Source of the DNA: an uncultured Acidobacteriota bacterium
Lineage (GTDB): Bacteria; Acidobacteriota; Vicinamibacteria; Vicinamibacterales; 2-12-FULL-66-21
Assembly (NCBI GenBank): GCA_963750475.1
Contig: CAVVQQ010000003.1
Location: 413,698-477,697 of the forward strand
Reading direction: 5' to 3'
DNA: 64,000 nt
Of the stretch, positions 1 through 10,465 are shown in pieces. The number at the start of each line of letters is the position of its first letter. Position 1 is the stretch's first letter. The position numbers and the translations under genes were made by a program. The notes below the pieces were generated by a model, which was not told where the DNA came from, made no database searches, and saw only the letters and a program-made list of their open reading frames with translations.

Positions 1-54
1 GATGCGGCGAGCCGCTGGACCGGGGTGGCGAGGCGTGAGGCGCTGCGCGCGTGA
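1..54 (+). CDS. C-terminal end of upstream gene, probably acyl-CoA carboxylase biotin carboxylase subunit (partial)
   Basis: Frame 1 reads DAASRWTGVARREALRA-stop; its TGA overlaps the GTG start of the biotin carrier gene (GTGA at 51-54). Product inferred from context. Confidence 0.55.
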   Translation, partial: DAASRWTGVARREALRA

Positions 55-566
55 CATTCGAGGTCGAGGTCAACGGCCGGCTGCGCCGCGTCTCGGTCGA
101 GCGATCGGGTGCCGGGCGGTTCCGCGTCACCCTCGACGGCATCGTCCACGAGGTCGATGCCGTGCGCAGCGGCGAGCATGCCCTGTCGCTGATCCTCGAT
201 CGCGAGGGGGGCATCAGCCGCGAGGTGCAGATTGCCCCCGCCGGCCCGCCGGGGGAGATGCTCGTCGGCATCGAGGGCCGGAACGTCGCGGTGAGCGTCA
301 ACGCCCGCCGGACGCGGCGCGGCCAGCCGGATGCCGGCGCCAGCCTCGACGGTGAGCAGACGATTGCCGCGCCGATGCCGGGGCGGATCGTCCGCATTCT
401 CGCCGCCGCCGGCGACGAGGTCGCCGCCCGGCAGCCGCTCATCGTCGTCGAAGCCATGAAGATGGAGAACGAGCTGCGGGCGCCGCGCGCCGGCCGGGTC
501 AAGCTCGTGACCGTGACCCCCGGCATGTCGGTCGAGAGCGGCCGTGTGCTCGTCGTGATCGAATGA
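51..566 (+). CDS. Biotin carboxyl carrier protein (biotinyl/lipoyl attachment domain)
   Basis: APMPG...EAMKMENE biotinylation motif in the C-terminal domain. Confidence 0.93.
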   Translation: MTFEVEVNGRLRRVSVERSGAGRFRVTLDGIVHEVDAVRSGEHALSLILDREGGISREVQIAPAGPPGEMLVGIEGRNVAVSVNARRTRRGQPDAGASLDGEQTIAAPMPGRIVRILAAAGDEVAARQPLIVVEAMKMENELRAPRAGRVKLVTVTPGMSVESGRVLVVIE

Positions 567-3500
567 CCCCTGACCTGGAGCCGGAGCCGCGCCCGAAGGC
601 CGGGCCCGAGACCGGGCCGGATGCCGCCGGGCCGGAGACCGCCGCGCCGCCGCGGCGCCGCCGGCCGGCGTGGCACCGCTATGGGCTCGGCCTCGGGGCG
701 CTGCTCGTCGCGATTGTCGCCGGCGTCATCGTTACCGTCTTCACGGTCGACCTCGGGCCGTCGCTGGTGGCGCGCGCCGAGAAAGAGGGGTCCAAATATC
801 TCGAGCGGCCGATGCACATCGGCCGGCTGTCGGCGAAGATCACCCCCGGGGTGTTCGTCGTCGAGGATCTCGTCATCGACGGGCTCGAGCCCACCCACCG
901 GCCGTTTCTGCGGGCGAAGAAGATTGAAGTCGTCGTGCCGTGGTGGACGGTCTTCACCCGCAAGCTGGTGATCGAGTCGGTCGAGATGACCGACTGGCAG
1001 ATGCTGGTCGAGACCTGGCCGGACAGTCCCGAATTCCCGAACGGACGCCATAACTTCCCGCGGTTCGTCAAGGAGTCGACCTCGAAGGGGCCGAAGCGCT
1101 TCACGACGACGCTGCGCTGGATGCTGGCGTCGCGCGGCAGCTTCACCTACGAGGATCACGGCACGCCGTGGAGCACGACGGCGCGCGAGCTGCGGGTGTC
1201 GATCAGCCGCGGGCTGGTCGACACGAAGTACCGCGGTCAGGCATCGTTCGCCGACTCGACCATCGCGATTCAGTCCTACGAGCCGTTTCACGCCAGGATG
1301 GATTCGCGGTTCACCATCGAGGGGTCCGACCTGCAGTTCAGCCGGATCGATCTGGTGAGCGACGGCGCGAAGTCGGCGATGACCGGCAGCATCGACATGG
1401 GACACTGGCCGGAGCAGACCTACCGGATCCGCTCGGCGATCGATTTCCCGACCCAGAAGGATATTTTCTTTCACCACGAGACGTTCACGGCGTCGGGGCA
1501 GGGGGACTTTCAGGGCACGTTTCACCTCTTCAAGGGCGGCCGCGAGCTGAAAGGGACGTTCACGAGCCCGGTGGCGGGGGTGAATGCGTGGCGGTTCCCG
1601 GATCTGAAGGGGTCCGTCCTGTGGGTACCCGATCGGCTCGAGGTGACCGACGCGACGAGCGGGCTCTACGGCGGCACCGCGAGGTTCGACTACCGGCTCG
1701 CACCGTTCGGCAAGCGTGACACGCCGACGCGGGCGGTCTGGGATGTCGCCTACCGCGATGTCAGCCTCGCCCGCCTGACCGATTTTCTCGAGACCAGGGG
1801 GCTGCGGCTCGACGGCCGCGCGACAGGGAAGAATCACCTCGAGTGGGCGCTCGGCAAGTGGTCGGAGAAGCGCGGCGCCGGAGAGGTCACCGTTGCTCCG
1901 CCGCCCGGTGAGGCGACGATGACGCGCGACTTTCAGCCCGACGTGCTCGCCGCCGAGGAAGCGCTGCCCCCCGAGGCGGGTCCGTTCAACCCCGGCGCGT
2001 CGCTCGGCTATCTGCCGGTGGCGGGGCGGATCGTCTACGCGCTCGACCCGGCGTGGATCACTCTCGAGAAAGGCTGGGCGGCGACGCCGAAGACCTACGT
2101 CGAGTTCCAGGGACGGACGGCGTATGGCGAGCGGTCGCAGATCCCGTTTCATGTCACCAGCCTCGACTGGCTGGAGAGCGACCGGCTGCTGGCGGGAATC
2201 ATGACGGCGTTCGGCGCGCCGACCGGGGCCGTGCCGGTGGGCGGCTCGGGACAGTTCGACGGCGTCATGCTGAAGGCGTTCACCAAGCCGCGGATTGAAG
2301 GGCACTTCACCGGCCGCAACATGCGCGCCTGGGACACCACCTGGGGGGAGGGCACCGCCCAGGTGGCGATCGAGAACGGCTACGCCGAGGTCAGCGAGAG
2401 CGCGATTACCCGCGGCGACTCGCGCATCACCGCGCAGGGAAAATTCTCCCTCGGCTATCCGCGGCACGACGGCGGCGAGGAAATCAACGCGGTGGTGCGG
2501 ATGACCAGGCGGCCCCTGCCCGATCTCCGCCACGCCTTCCTGCTCGACGCGTATCCGGTCGACGGCCTGGTCTCGGGCGAGTATCACCTCTATGGAAAGT
2601 ACGAGACCCCGTTCGGGTTCGGGCGGCTGGTGATCGAGCCGGGCGTGGCCTACGGGGAGACGTTCGACAGCGCGACCGCGGCGCTCCGTTTCGAGGGAGC
2701 GGGCGTCCGGCTCGACGGCCTCGACATCCGGAAGAGCAGCGGGGCGGTGACCGGGGCGGCCTGGGTCGGCTGGGACGGGCGCTACTCGTTCGACGCCGAC
2801 GGCGCCAGGATTCCGGTCGAGTCGCTCGACAAGGCGTCCTTTCCCCGCGCGCCGCTGTCGGGCCTGCTGCAGTTCACGGCCACCGGCAGCGGCACCTTCG
2901 ACGTCCCGCGCTACGATGTGCGCGTCCGGGTCGACGACCTGTTCGCCGGCGACGAAGGGATCGGCCAGCTCACCGGCCGCCTGTCGCTGCGCGGCGAGCT
3001 CCTGACGATGGAGATGGAAGCGGCGTCGCCGCGGCTGGCGGTGTCGGCGTCGGGACGGATCGCGATGACGGATCAGATGGACGCGGAGCTGACGCTGCGC
3101 TTTGCCAACACCTCGCTGGATCCCTATCTCCGCTTCTTCGCGCCGCAGCTGTCGCCGTTCACGACCGCGGTCGCCGGAGGCACGGTGCGCGTCGCCGGGG
3201 AGCTCGCCGATATCGACCACCTGGCGGTGAACACCTGCGTCGAGCAGCTCGACCTCAAGCTGTTCGACTACCACGTCTCGAACCGGAGCCCGGCCAACGC
3301 CGCCCGGAGCGCCGCCGCGGCCGGCGCCGGCGGCTGCGATGCCGCCTCGGACGCCATCCTGCTCGACCTCAACCAGCACGTCGTCGACATCGGCCGGCTG
3401 CGGCTCTACGGCGAAGGGACCGAGCTGGCCGTCGACGGCAAGGTCAACCTGCACGCGTCGACGATCGCGGTGCAGGCCTCGGGCGACGCCAACCTCGGGA

Positions 3501-4792
3501 TCCTGCAGGGCTTCTTTCGCGATCTGCGCAGCTCCGGCGGCGCGACGCTCAAAGCCGAGATCACCGGGCCCCTGGCCAAGCCGGTGTTCTCCGGCAGCGC
3601 GTCGATCGTCGACGGCCGGGTCCGCCAGCTGTCGCTGCCGCATTCGCTCGAGGCGATCAACGGCCAGGTGGCGTTCGATGCCGGCGGCATTCGCGTCGAC
3701 GGACTGCACGCGCGGCTGGCCGGCGGCGACGTCGCCTTCAGCGGCCGGGTCGGGCTGGCCGGCTTCAGCCCCGGGGAGATCAACCTGACCGCCACCGGAC
3801 AGCAGATGCGCATCCGGTATCCGGAAGGCTTCCAGTCGCTCGTCGACGCCGACCTGACGCTCAGCGGAACGCTGGCGGCGCTGCTGCTGCGCGGCACGGT
3901 GACGGTCCACGACGCGCTGTATGCGAAGCGGTTCGAGCCCAACGCCGATCTGCTCAGCCTGGCCGGCGGCGGCGCGCCGTCGCTCGGCGGCGCCGCCCCG
4001 GCGGCGACGCTGCCGCTGACCTTCGACGTCCAGATCGACGCGCCGTCGGCGCTGCGCATCGAGAACAACATCGCCCACATGGTGGCGAGCGCGGATCTGA
4101 AGCTCCAGGGGACCTACGACCACCCGGTCCTGTTCGGGACCGCGCAGATCGAGCGCGGCGACGTCATCTTCGAGGGGAACCGCTACCTCGTGACCCGCGG
4201 CAGCATCGGCTTCGCCAACCCGGTGCGGATCGAGCCGTACTTCGACATCGAGGCGGAAACGCGCGTCCGCGTTCCCGGCCAGACCTACCGCGTCACGCTC
4301 GGCTTCACCGGCACGACCTCGCGGATGTCGCTGAACCTCAATTCCGATCCGCCGCTGTCGAGCGTCGGCATCGCGCTGCTGCTGTTCGATCCGTCGACCG
4401 ACGTCACCGACGCGGAGCTGCGCGGCCTGAACCCGTCGGCGACGACCCGCTCGCAGGAGGACCTGATCAAGGCCGCGACCGCGCGGCTGCTGACCGGCAG
4501 CGTCTCGGCCCCGGTCAACCGCGCCGTCGAGCAGACCCTCGGGGTGGACCTGCAGATCACCCCGTCGATTGGCGTCGCCGACGGCGATCCGCTGACCCCC
4601 TCGGCGCGGCTGATTCTCGGCAAGCGGCTCTCGAACCGCGCTTATATCACCTTCGCGCGGCCGCTCGGCTCGGCGGCGCGCGATCAGATCCTGGTCCTCG
4701 AATACGACCAGAACGACCGCCTCGGGTGGGTCCTGACCTCGAACGGCGATCGCACCTTCTCCGTGGACTTCCGCGTGCAGCATCGCCGGTGA
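563..4792 (+). CDS. tamB: Translocation/assembly module TamB (AsmA-like, C-terminal DUF490) protein
   Basis: 1409 aa; single N-terminal TM anchor; long Gly-rich beta-strand body; C-terminal LNSDPPLS...LGKRLS...LEY pattern typical of TamB; adjacent to an Omp85 gene. Confidence 0.85.
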   Translation: MTPDLEPEPRPKAGPETGPDAAGPETAAPPRRRRPAWHRYGLGLGALLVAIVAGVIVTVFTVDLGPSLVARAEKEGSKYLERPMHIGRLSAKITPGVFVVEDLVIDGLEPTHRPFLRAKKIEVVVPWWTVFTRKLVIESVEMTDWQMLVETWPDSPEFPNGRHNFPRFVKESTSKGPKRFTTTLRWMLASRGSFTYEDHGTPWSTTARELRVSISRGLVDTKYRGQASFADSTIAIQSYEPFHARMDSRFTIEGSDLQFSRIDLVSDGAKSAMTGSIDMGHWPEQTYRIRSAIDFPTQKDIFFHHETFTASGQGDFQGTFHLFKGGRELKGTFTSPVAGVNAWRFPDLKGSVLWVPDRLEVTDATSGLYGGTARFDYRLAPFGKRDTPTRAVWDVAYRDVSLARLTDFLETRGLRLDGRATGKNHLEWALGKWSEKRGAGEVTVAPPPGEATMTRDFQPDVLAAEEALPPEAGPFNPGASLGYLPVAGRIVYALDPAWITLEKGWAATPKTYVEFQGRTAYGERSQIPFHVTSLDWLESDRLLAGIMTAFGAPTGAVPVGGSGQFDGVMLKAFTKPRIEGHFTGRNMRAWDTTWGEGTAQVAIENGYAEVSESAITRGDSRITAQGKFSLGYPRHDGGEEINAVVRMTRRPLPDLRHAFLLDAYPVDGLVSGEYHLYGKYETPFGFGRLVIEPGVAYGETFDSATAALRFEGAGVRLDGLDIRKSSGAVTGAAWVGWDGRYSFDADGARIPVESLDKASFPRAPLSGLLQFTATGSGTFDVPRYDVRVRVDDLFAGDEGIGQLTGRLSLRGELLTMEMEAASPRLAVSASGRIAMTDQMDAELTLRFANTSLDPYLRFFAPQLSPFTTAVAGGTVRVAGELADIDHLAVNTCVEQLDLKLFDYHVSNRSPANAARSAAAAGAGGCDAASDAILLDLNQHVVDIGRLRLYGEGTELAVDGKVNLHASTIAVQASGDANLGILQGFFRDLRSSGGATLKAEITGPLAKPVFSGSASIVDGRVRQLSLPHSLEAINGQVAFDAGGIRVDGLHARLAGGDVAFSGRVGLAGFSPGEINLTATGQQMRIRYPEGFQSLVDADLTLSGTLAALLLRGTVTVHDALYAKRFEPNADLLSLAGGGAPSLGGAAPAATLPLTFDVQIDAPSALRIENNIAHMVASADLKLQGTYDHPVLFGTAQIERGDVIFEGNRYLVTRGSIGFANPVRIEPYFDIEAETRVRVPGQTYRVTLGFTGTTSRMSLNLNSDPPLSSVGIALLLFDPSTDVTDAELRGLNPSATTRSQEDLIKAATARLLTGSVSAPVNRAVEQTLGVDLQITPSIGVADGDPLTPSARLILGKRLSNRAYITFARPLGSAARDQILVLEYDQNDRLGWVLTSNGDRTFSVDFRVQHRR

Positions 4793-7725
4793 TCCTGCCA
4801 GCCCTCGCCGTGACGTGGCTTCTCGTGGCCCAGGCCCAGGCGCCGGTTTCATCGCCGCCGCCGGCGCCGGCCGGCCCGGCCGCCTACATCGGCCAGACGG
4901 TCATCGAGATCCGGCTGCTCGCCGAGGGGCGGCCGGTCGACGACCCGCCGGCCGCGGCGCTCATCGAGACCCACACCGGCGAGCCGTTCTCGATGACCGC
5001 GGTGCGCGAGTCGATCACCCACCTGATCGGCCTGGGCCGGTTCCAGGACGTTCGCGTCGACGCCGCCGCGGTCCCCGGCGGCGTCCGGGTCAGCTACGAC
5101 CTCGTGCCGCTGCACAGCGTCCAGCGGGTCGACTTCCAGCGCGCCACCACGGCCGGCGCGGGGCGCGACCTCGGCCTCGACGAAGGGCTGCTGCGCCGGA
5201 CGATGACCAACCGGTTCGGCGCCTCGCCGCCGGTCGGCCGGGCGACGGAGGTGGCGCGCACCCTCGAGCAGCTGTACCACGATCGCGGCTACCTGAAAGC
5301 CGTCGTCCGGCCGATCGCCACCGAGGAACACGATCCCGACCGCACGCTGCTGACCTTCGACGTCGATCCCGGGCCGCGGGCGCGCATCAGCACGGTGGAG
5401 GTCGACATGCCGGCGACGGCACGCGACGCGTTTCTCCGCAGCGTCCATGCCGTCCCGGGCACGCCCTACGAGCCGCTGGCGATCGCCTCCGGGCTGGCGC
5501 AGTACATCGCGAAGCTCCACAAGGCGGGGCGCTACGAGGCGACCGCCTCCTACCGGCCGCGGCCGTCGGCCGATGCGACCAGCGTCGATCTGACGATCTT
5601 CGTCCAGACCGGCCGGCTGGTGAAGATCGAGTATCGCGGCGATCCGCTGCCGCGCGAGCGCCTCGCCGAGCTCGTCCCGCTGGCGCGCGAAGGCTCGGTT
5701 GACCAGGATCTCCTCGAGGACTCAGGGCAGCGCATCAAGCGCTATCTCAATCAGCTCGGCTACTGGAAGGCGGACGCGACCGTCGCGCGGGAAGAAGCGG
5801 ACGATGTGGTCACGATCGTCTTCACCGTCCGCCGCGGCGCGCAGTACCGGATCAGCGAGGGGGCCGAGGTGCAGGGGGCCGGGGCGGTGTCGATCGAGCA
5901 GCTGCGGCCGGCGCTGGCGAAGCTCCAGGCCGGCGACATCTTTGTCGAGTCGAATCTCGGTGCGGCGGTGAGCGCGATTGCCGGGCAATACCAGCGCCTC
6001 GGCTACGCCCAGGCAAAAGTGCACGGCGCCGCGAACGAGGTCAATCCCCCGGGACCGGGGCAGGGCCTGGTGCGGCCGGTGATCACGATCACCGAGGGGC
6101 CGCTGACCGTGGTCGGCGAGGTCCGCTTCGAGGGCGCGGAGAGCATCCCCGAGGCGCAGCTGCGGCCGCTCGTCACCTCGCGGCCGGGCACGCCCTATTA
6201 CGAGCCGCGCATCGCCGCCGATCGTGAAGCGATCCTGCTCGAATACCGGAACCGCGGCTTCGAGTCCGCCAACATCGTCGTCACCCCGGCGCTGTCCGAG
6301 GATGGCCGGCAGGCGGCGCTGACGTTCCGCCTGAACGAAGGGCAGCAGACGATCATCGACCACATCCTGATCATCGGCAATACCCGGACCGACGAGCGCG
6401 TCATCAAGCGCGAGCTGCTGCTGCAGGAAGGCAAGCCGCTCGGCCTCGAGGACATCGCCGAGAGCCAGCGCCGGCTCGGCGCCCTCGGGCTGTTCAGGCG
6501 GTTCCGGATCGAGGAGCTGGCCCACGGCGGATCCGCGACCAAGGACGTCCTCGTCACCGTCGAGGAGGCCGCGGCGCGGACGTTCGGCTACGGCGGCGGC
6601 CTCGAGGCGACGCGGCGGCTGTCGGCCGGCGCCGACGGCGTCGCGCGCGAGCGCCTCGACGTCGCGCCGCGCGGCTTCGTCGATGTCGGCTTCCGCAACA
6701 TCGGCGGCAAGAACCGCTCGGTGGACGTCTACTCCCGGCTGGCGCTTCATCCCGACAGCGCCACCACCGGCTCGACGGGGGGCGGCACCACCGGCTTCGG
6801 ATTCAGCGAGTACCGTCTCGTCGGCACCTACCGCGAGCCGCGCGCCATCGGCGTCAACGCCGATCTGGCGCTGACCGCGGCGGTCGAGCAGGGCATCCGC
6901 TCGACGTTCAATTTCGCGCGCAAGGGGGTGAACGCGGAGATCGCGCGGCGGCTCGCCCCCGGCGTCCGGACCAGCGCGCGCTATTCGTTCGGGACCACCC
7001 GGACGTTCAACGAACAGCTCGCCCCCGCCGATCAGGCGCGGATCGACCGCATCTTCCCGCAGGTCCGGCTGTCGGCCTTCGCCGGCGCGATTTCCCGCGA
7101 TACCCGCGACGACGTGCTGGATCCGAAGCGGGGCGGGTTCCTGTCCGGTGAAGGGAGCGTCGCCGGGCGGGCGATCGGCGGCCAGGTCGGCTTCGTCAAG
7201 TCGTACGTCCAGGGGTTCTGGTTCCACCGCGTGCCCCGGCTGACCCGGACCGTTTTCGCCGGCCGGGTGGCGCTCGGCGTCGCCCACGGCTTTCCGCGCG
7301 CCGTGCTGAGCGATCAGGGGGTGGCGGAAACCATCGACGATCTGCCGGCGAGCGAGCGCTTCTTCGCCGGCGGCGATACGACGATTCGCGGCTTTGCGCT
7401 CGATACCGCGGGTGCGCCCGATACGATCAGCGCCGCCGGTTTCCCGAAGGGAGGGAACGCGCTCGTCCTGCTCAACGGCGAGCTCCGCGTGCCGGTGTGG
7501 AGGGATCTCGGCGTGGCGGTATTCATGGACGCCGGCAACGTCTTCAGCCGCGCCGCCGACCTCGATCTCGGCGAGCTGCGCGGCGCCGCGGGCTTCGGGC
7601 TGCGCTACCGTTCGCCAATCGGTCCGATCCGGTTCGACGTCGGCTTCAAGCTCGATCGCAAGCTGATCGCCGGCACGCTCGAGTCGGGGCGCGCCTTCCA
7701 CTTCAGCATCGGGCAGGCCTTCTGA
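4789..7725 (+). CDS. BamA/TamA (Omp85) family outer membrane protein with POTRA domains
   Basis: GTG start overlaps the tamB stop; signal peptide; POTRA-like repeats (GNTRT..VIKREL); RFFAGG..TIRGF loop-6 motif; GLRYRSPIGPIRFD; C-terminal FHFSIGQAF beta-signal. Confidence 0.92.
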   Translation: MILPALAVTWLLVAQAQAPVSSPPPAPAGPAAYIGQTVIEIRLLAEGRPVDDPPAAALIETHTGEPFSMTAVRESITHLIGLGRFQDVRVDAAAVPGGVRVSYDLVPLHSVQRVDFQRATTAGAGRDLGLDEGLLRRTMTNRFGASPPVGRATEVARTLEQLYHDRGYLKAVVRPIATEEHDPDRTLLTFDVDPGPRARISTVEVDMPATARDAFLRSVHAVPGTPYEPLAIASGLAQYIAKLHKAGRYEATASYRPRPSADATSVDLTIFVQTGRLVKIEYRGDPLPRERLAELVPLAREGSVDQDLLEDSGQRIKRYLNQLGYWKADATVAREEADDVVTIVFTVRRGAQYRISEGAEVQGAGAVSIEQLRPALAKLQAGDIFVESNLGAAVSAIAGQYQRLGYAQAKVHGAANEVNPPGPGQGLVRPVITITEGPLTVVGEVRFEGAESIPEAQLRPLVTSRPGTPYYEPRIAADREAILLEYRNRGFESANIVVTPALSEDGRQAALTFRLNEGQQTIIDHILIIGNTRTDERVIKRELLLQEGKPLGLEDIAESQRRLGALGLFRRFRIEELAHGGSATKDVLVTVEEAAARTFGYGGGLEATRRLSAGADGVARERLDVAPRGFVDVGFRNIGGKNRSVDVYSRLALHPDSATTGSTGGGTTGFGFSEYRLVGTYREPRAIGVNADLALTAAVEQGIRSTFNFARKGVNAEIARRLAPGVRTSARYSFGTTRTFNEQLAPADQARIDRIFPQVRLSAFAGAISRDTRDDVLDPKRGGFLSGEGSVAGRAIGGQVGFVKSYVQGFWFHRVPRLTRTVFAGRVALGVAHGFPRAVLSDQGVAETIDDLPASERFFAGGDTTIRGFALDTAGAPDTISAAGFPKGGNALVLLNGELRVPVWRDLGVAVFMDAGNVFSRAADLDLGELRGAAGFGLRYRSPIGPIRFDVGFKLDRKLIAGTLESGRAFHFSIGQAF

Positions 7726-8417
7726 TGGCTCACTTCCGTCGTGCTCCCTGGCGCGCCGCGGTCGCGGCCCAAAAATCGCGGCCGGCGCATGAGATCGAGA
7801 GCCGCCCGACACGGCTCGCCGGCTGTGTCGCGATCGCCTGCCTGCTGGTCGCCACTGCGGGATGGGGGGTGGCGTCGTCCGAGATCGTCGACAGAGTTCT
7901 GGCGGTGGTGGACGGCGCCATCATCACGCAGTCGGACGTCGCCGGCGCGAGCCGGCTCGGGCTCGAGGGCGGCCCCGGCGCGACCGTGGCGGAGGTGCGC
8001 GACGCGCTCATCGAGCGGCGGCTGATCCTGGCCGAGGTCGATCGCTATGCGCCGGCGGACCCGGCCGAGGCCGACGTCGATCGCGCCCTCGACGCGCTAC
8101 GGGCCCGGCTCGGCGCGGCGCCGCTCGACACCATCCTGCGCGAGACCGGCGGCAGCATCGAGCAGCTCCGGCGCCAGCTCCGCGACACGCTCCGGATCGA
8201 GTTCTACATGCAGCAGCGGTTCGGCACGATCCAGCCGTCGGAGCTCGAGATTGCGCAGTACTACCGCACCCACGCCGCCGAGTTCGGATCGCGCAGCCTG
8301 GCCGAGGCGCGCGACGCGATTGCCGCCGTGCTCGCCCGCGAGCGGCGCGACGCGCTCGTCAAGGAGTGGGTGGCCGGGCTGCGCCGCCGCGCCAACATCA
8401 ACATCCTTCCGGCCTGA
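7725..8417 (+). CDS. SurA N-terminal domain chaperone-like protein
   Basis: Hydrophobic signal followed by EIVDRVLAVVDGAIITQSDV; ends W..LRRRANI; no PPIase domain apparent. ATG at 7725 overlaps the upstream TGA; start uncertain. Confidence 0.75.
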   Translation: MAHFRRAPWRAAVAAQKSRPAHEIESRPTRLAGCVAIACLLVATAGWGVASSEIVDRVLAVVDGAIITQSDVAGASRLGLEGGPGATVAEVRDALIERRLILAEVDRYAPADPAEADVDRALDALRARLGAAPLDTILRETGGSIEQLRRQLRDTLRIEFYMQQRFGTIQPSELEIAQYYRTHAAEFGSRSLAEARDAIAAVLARERRDALVKEWVAGLRRRANINILPA

Positions 8418-8420
8418 ACC

Positions 8421-10388
8421 TCACCGCTCCTGGACGCGGATGTAGTCCACCGCCGCGGCCAGCGGCCGGGTGTCGCCGCCGAGTCCGACCTCCGCCGGCG
8501 TGCGCGCCGCGCCGAACGTGAGCGCAATCCGGTTGACACCCGATCGCCAGAGCTCTTGCGGCACCGCCATCTCGATGGTCGTCCAGCTCTCCGGGACATC
8601 GACCGGGGGCAGGGGATGGCCGTTGACCGCGACCGTCAGAGACTGCCCCGCCCAGCCGGGATATGTGAACGCGTGCAGCCGGATCTGCAGCGCCAGCGCC
8701 GCCGGCCGATCGAGCGGGATCAGCACGTCCGCCGGTGACGCGGCCCAGCGATAGGTCGTCGGTCCGTCGTGCTCGATGCCGTGCCAGCCGCCGCCGAGCA
8801 GCCAGTCGTCATCCGCGCCGACGTCGATGCGCCCGTAGGGACGCAGCGGATCGCTCAGGAATCGATTGGCCGAGAGGAAATCGTACTGCGACGGCGCGAG
8901 GCGGTTGTGGAGCGCGAACCCGAGGCTGGCCGGATAGGTGAACGGATTGCCGAACCAGCGGTGCAGGGCGCGCGCCTGGGCGGCCGCGGTGTCGCCGAAC
9001 GAGACCGACTCGCCGATGCGGACCAGTCCGTCCTGAGCCGCGCTCATCAGCGCGAAGTTCCAGAGGACGAGCAGCGTGCCGGCTGCCGCGACGAGCCGGG
9101 CGGGATGGCGCCGCGTGAGCGACACCGCGGACGACGCGAATGCCGCCGCCCCGAGGCAGAAGAGCGGGATGGTGCCGTCGAAGCGCCGGCCGCCGAATCC
9201 GGCGCTGCCCCACCAGTCCTGGACGCAGGCGTTGAAGTAGGTCATCACCGCCAGCGCCAGGAGCGCCGGCAGGCCGACGGACGGCTGCGCCACTGCGAAC
9301 ACGACGAGGCCGATCGCCGCGCAGTAGAGCACCGGCGACCAGCTGAACAGGCCGTTTCTGGACGACCACAGGATGTCGGCAAGGTGCGGGTCGGACCAGC
9401 GGATCTGCGGGCCGACCGGCGAGACCGCCAGCCACGTGCCGTAGATCGAGTGCCACGCGATCATCTGCGGTGTGAAGAGCACGGTCGCGGCGGTCGTGAA
9501 CAGCAGGCCGTCGACGATCGTCCGCCTGACCCCGGTCATGTTCCTGGCGCGGCCGGAGGCGATGAGCTCCGCGATCGCATCACAGGCCGGCAGCAGCGCG
9601 AAGAGCGCGTTCTGCCAGCGGATGAGCGTCATCAGTCCGGCCAGCGCGCCAAGCCAGATCCACTGGCGCCGGGTCCGCGTCCCGCGCGTCGCCAGCCACC
9701 CCCACACGAAGCCGGCCACTGCCGCCATCGACGGGGCGTGGGTCATGCTCGGCTCCTTGACCATGTACCACGCCATGAACGAGCCGCTGACCATGACCGC
9801 GGCCGCGGCCGCCGCGAGCCGTTCCGGGTAGAAGCGGGCGGTCGCCCGGATCGAGAACCAGCAGCCGAGCAGTCCGTAGAAGAGTCCGGCGATGCAGACT
9901 GCCTGGCGGTACGGAAAGGACACGCCGTTGGTGCTGACGTCCGGATTGGTCGCGGCCAGATGCCGCGCCACGAGATGGCCGCCGGCGAAGAACGGCGCCC
10001 AGACGAGCGCCGGTCCGATGGTCCAGGCCGATTGCGCGTAGCCGGTCGGGGTGGGCTGAAACAGGTGCGCCTTGTCCCCCAAACCGAGCAGCCGGTAGTC
10101 GTTCGCGAAGTTGACGTCGCGGTCGAAGACCATCGACCGCAGATACGCGAAGTAGTAGAAGCCGTCGCTCTGCAGCCGCGCGCCGAGCTGGAGCTGGAGG
10201 GCCAGGCCAATCGTGAAGAGCAGCGCGAAGATCAGGCCGGCCGGGGAGCGTCCTGGCGGCCTGCCACCGGCACCGCGCCGCCGTTCCGCCACCAGCCCGA
10301 CGCCGCCTGCCGCGACCGCCAGCGCGGCGAGCAGGAACAGCCCGGGACGCGCACCGATCAGGCGTTCGAGCGGCGAGGTCCGGGCCAC
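8421..10388 (-). CDS. GT-C fold polytopic membrane glycosyltransferase with C-terminal extracytoplasmic beta domain
   Basis: Many TM segments; SDGFYYFAYLRS..FDRD acidic first-loop motif; WWGSAGFGGRRF motif; frame stays open upstream to ~10469. Confidence 0.75.
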   Translation of the reverse strand: MARTSPLERLIGARPGLFLLAALAVAAGGVGLVAERRRGAGGRPPGRSPAGLIFALLFTIGLALQLQLGARLQSDGFYYFAYLRSMVFDRDVNFANDYRLLGLGDKAHLFQPTPTGYAQSAWTIGPALVWAPFFAGGHLVARHLAATNPDVSTNGVSFPYRQAVCIAGLFYGLLGCWFSIRATARFYPERLAAAAAAVMVSGSFMAWYMVKEPSMTHAPSMAAVAGFVWGWLATRGTRTRRQWIWLGALAGLMTLIRWQNALFALLPACDAIAELIASGRARNMTGVRRTIVDGLLFTTAATVLFTPQMIAWHSIYGTWLAVSPVGPQIRWSDPHLADILWSSRNGLFSWSPVLYCAAIGLVVFAVAQPSVGLPALLALAVMTYFNACVQDWWGSAGFGGRRFDGTIPLFCLGAAAFASSAVSLTRRHPARLVAAAGTLLVLWNFALMSAAQDGLVRIGESVSFGDTAAAQARALHRWFGNPFTYPASLGFALHNRLAPSQYDFLSANRFLSDPLRPYGRIDVGADDDWLLGGGWHGIEHDGPTTYRWAASPADVLIPLDRPAALALQIRLHAFTYPGWAGQSLTVAVNGHPLPPVDVPESWTTIEMAVPQELWRSGVNRIALTFGAARTPAEVGLGGDTRPLAAAVDYIRVQER

Positions 10389-10465
10389 GGACCGCGCCGA
10401 GAGCTCGACGATCGTCCCGCCGATCCACAGCCACGCCGCCGCCTGAAGGGCGGTGCCCGCTCGCG

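Noticed and set aside
5722-7812. Long antisense ORFs (also 8769-10484, 35784-38063, 40800-43079, 43902-45659, 60175-61767, 62368-63951)
   Set aside because: Shadow frames of real GC-rich genes on the opposite strand, with no recognisable motifs
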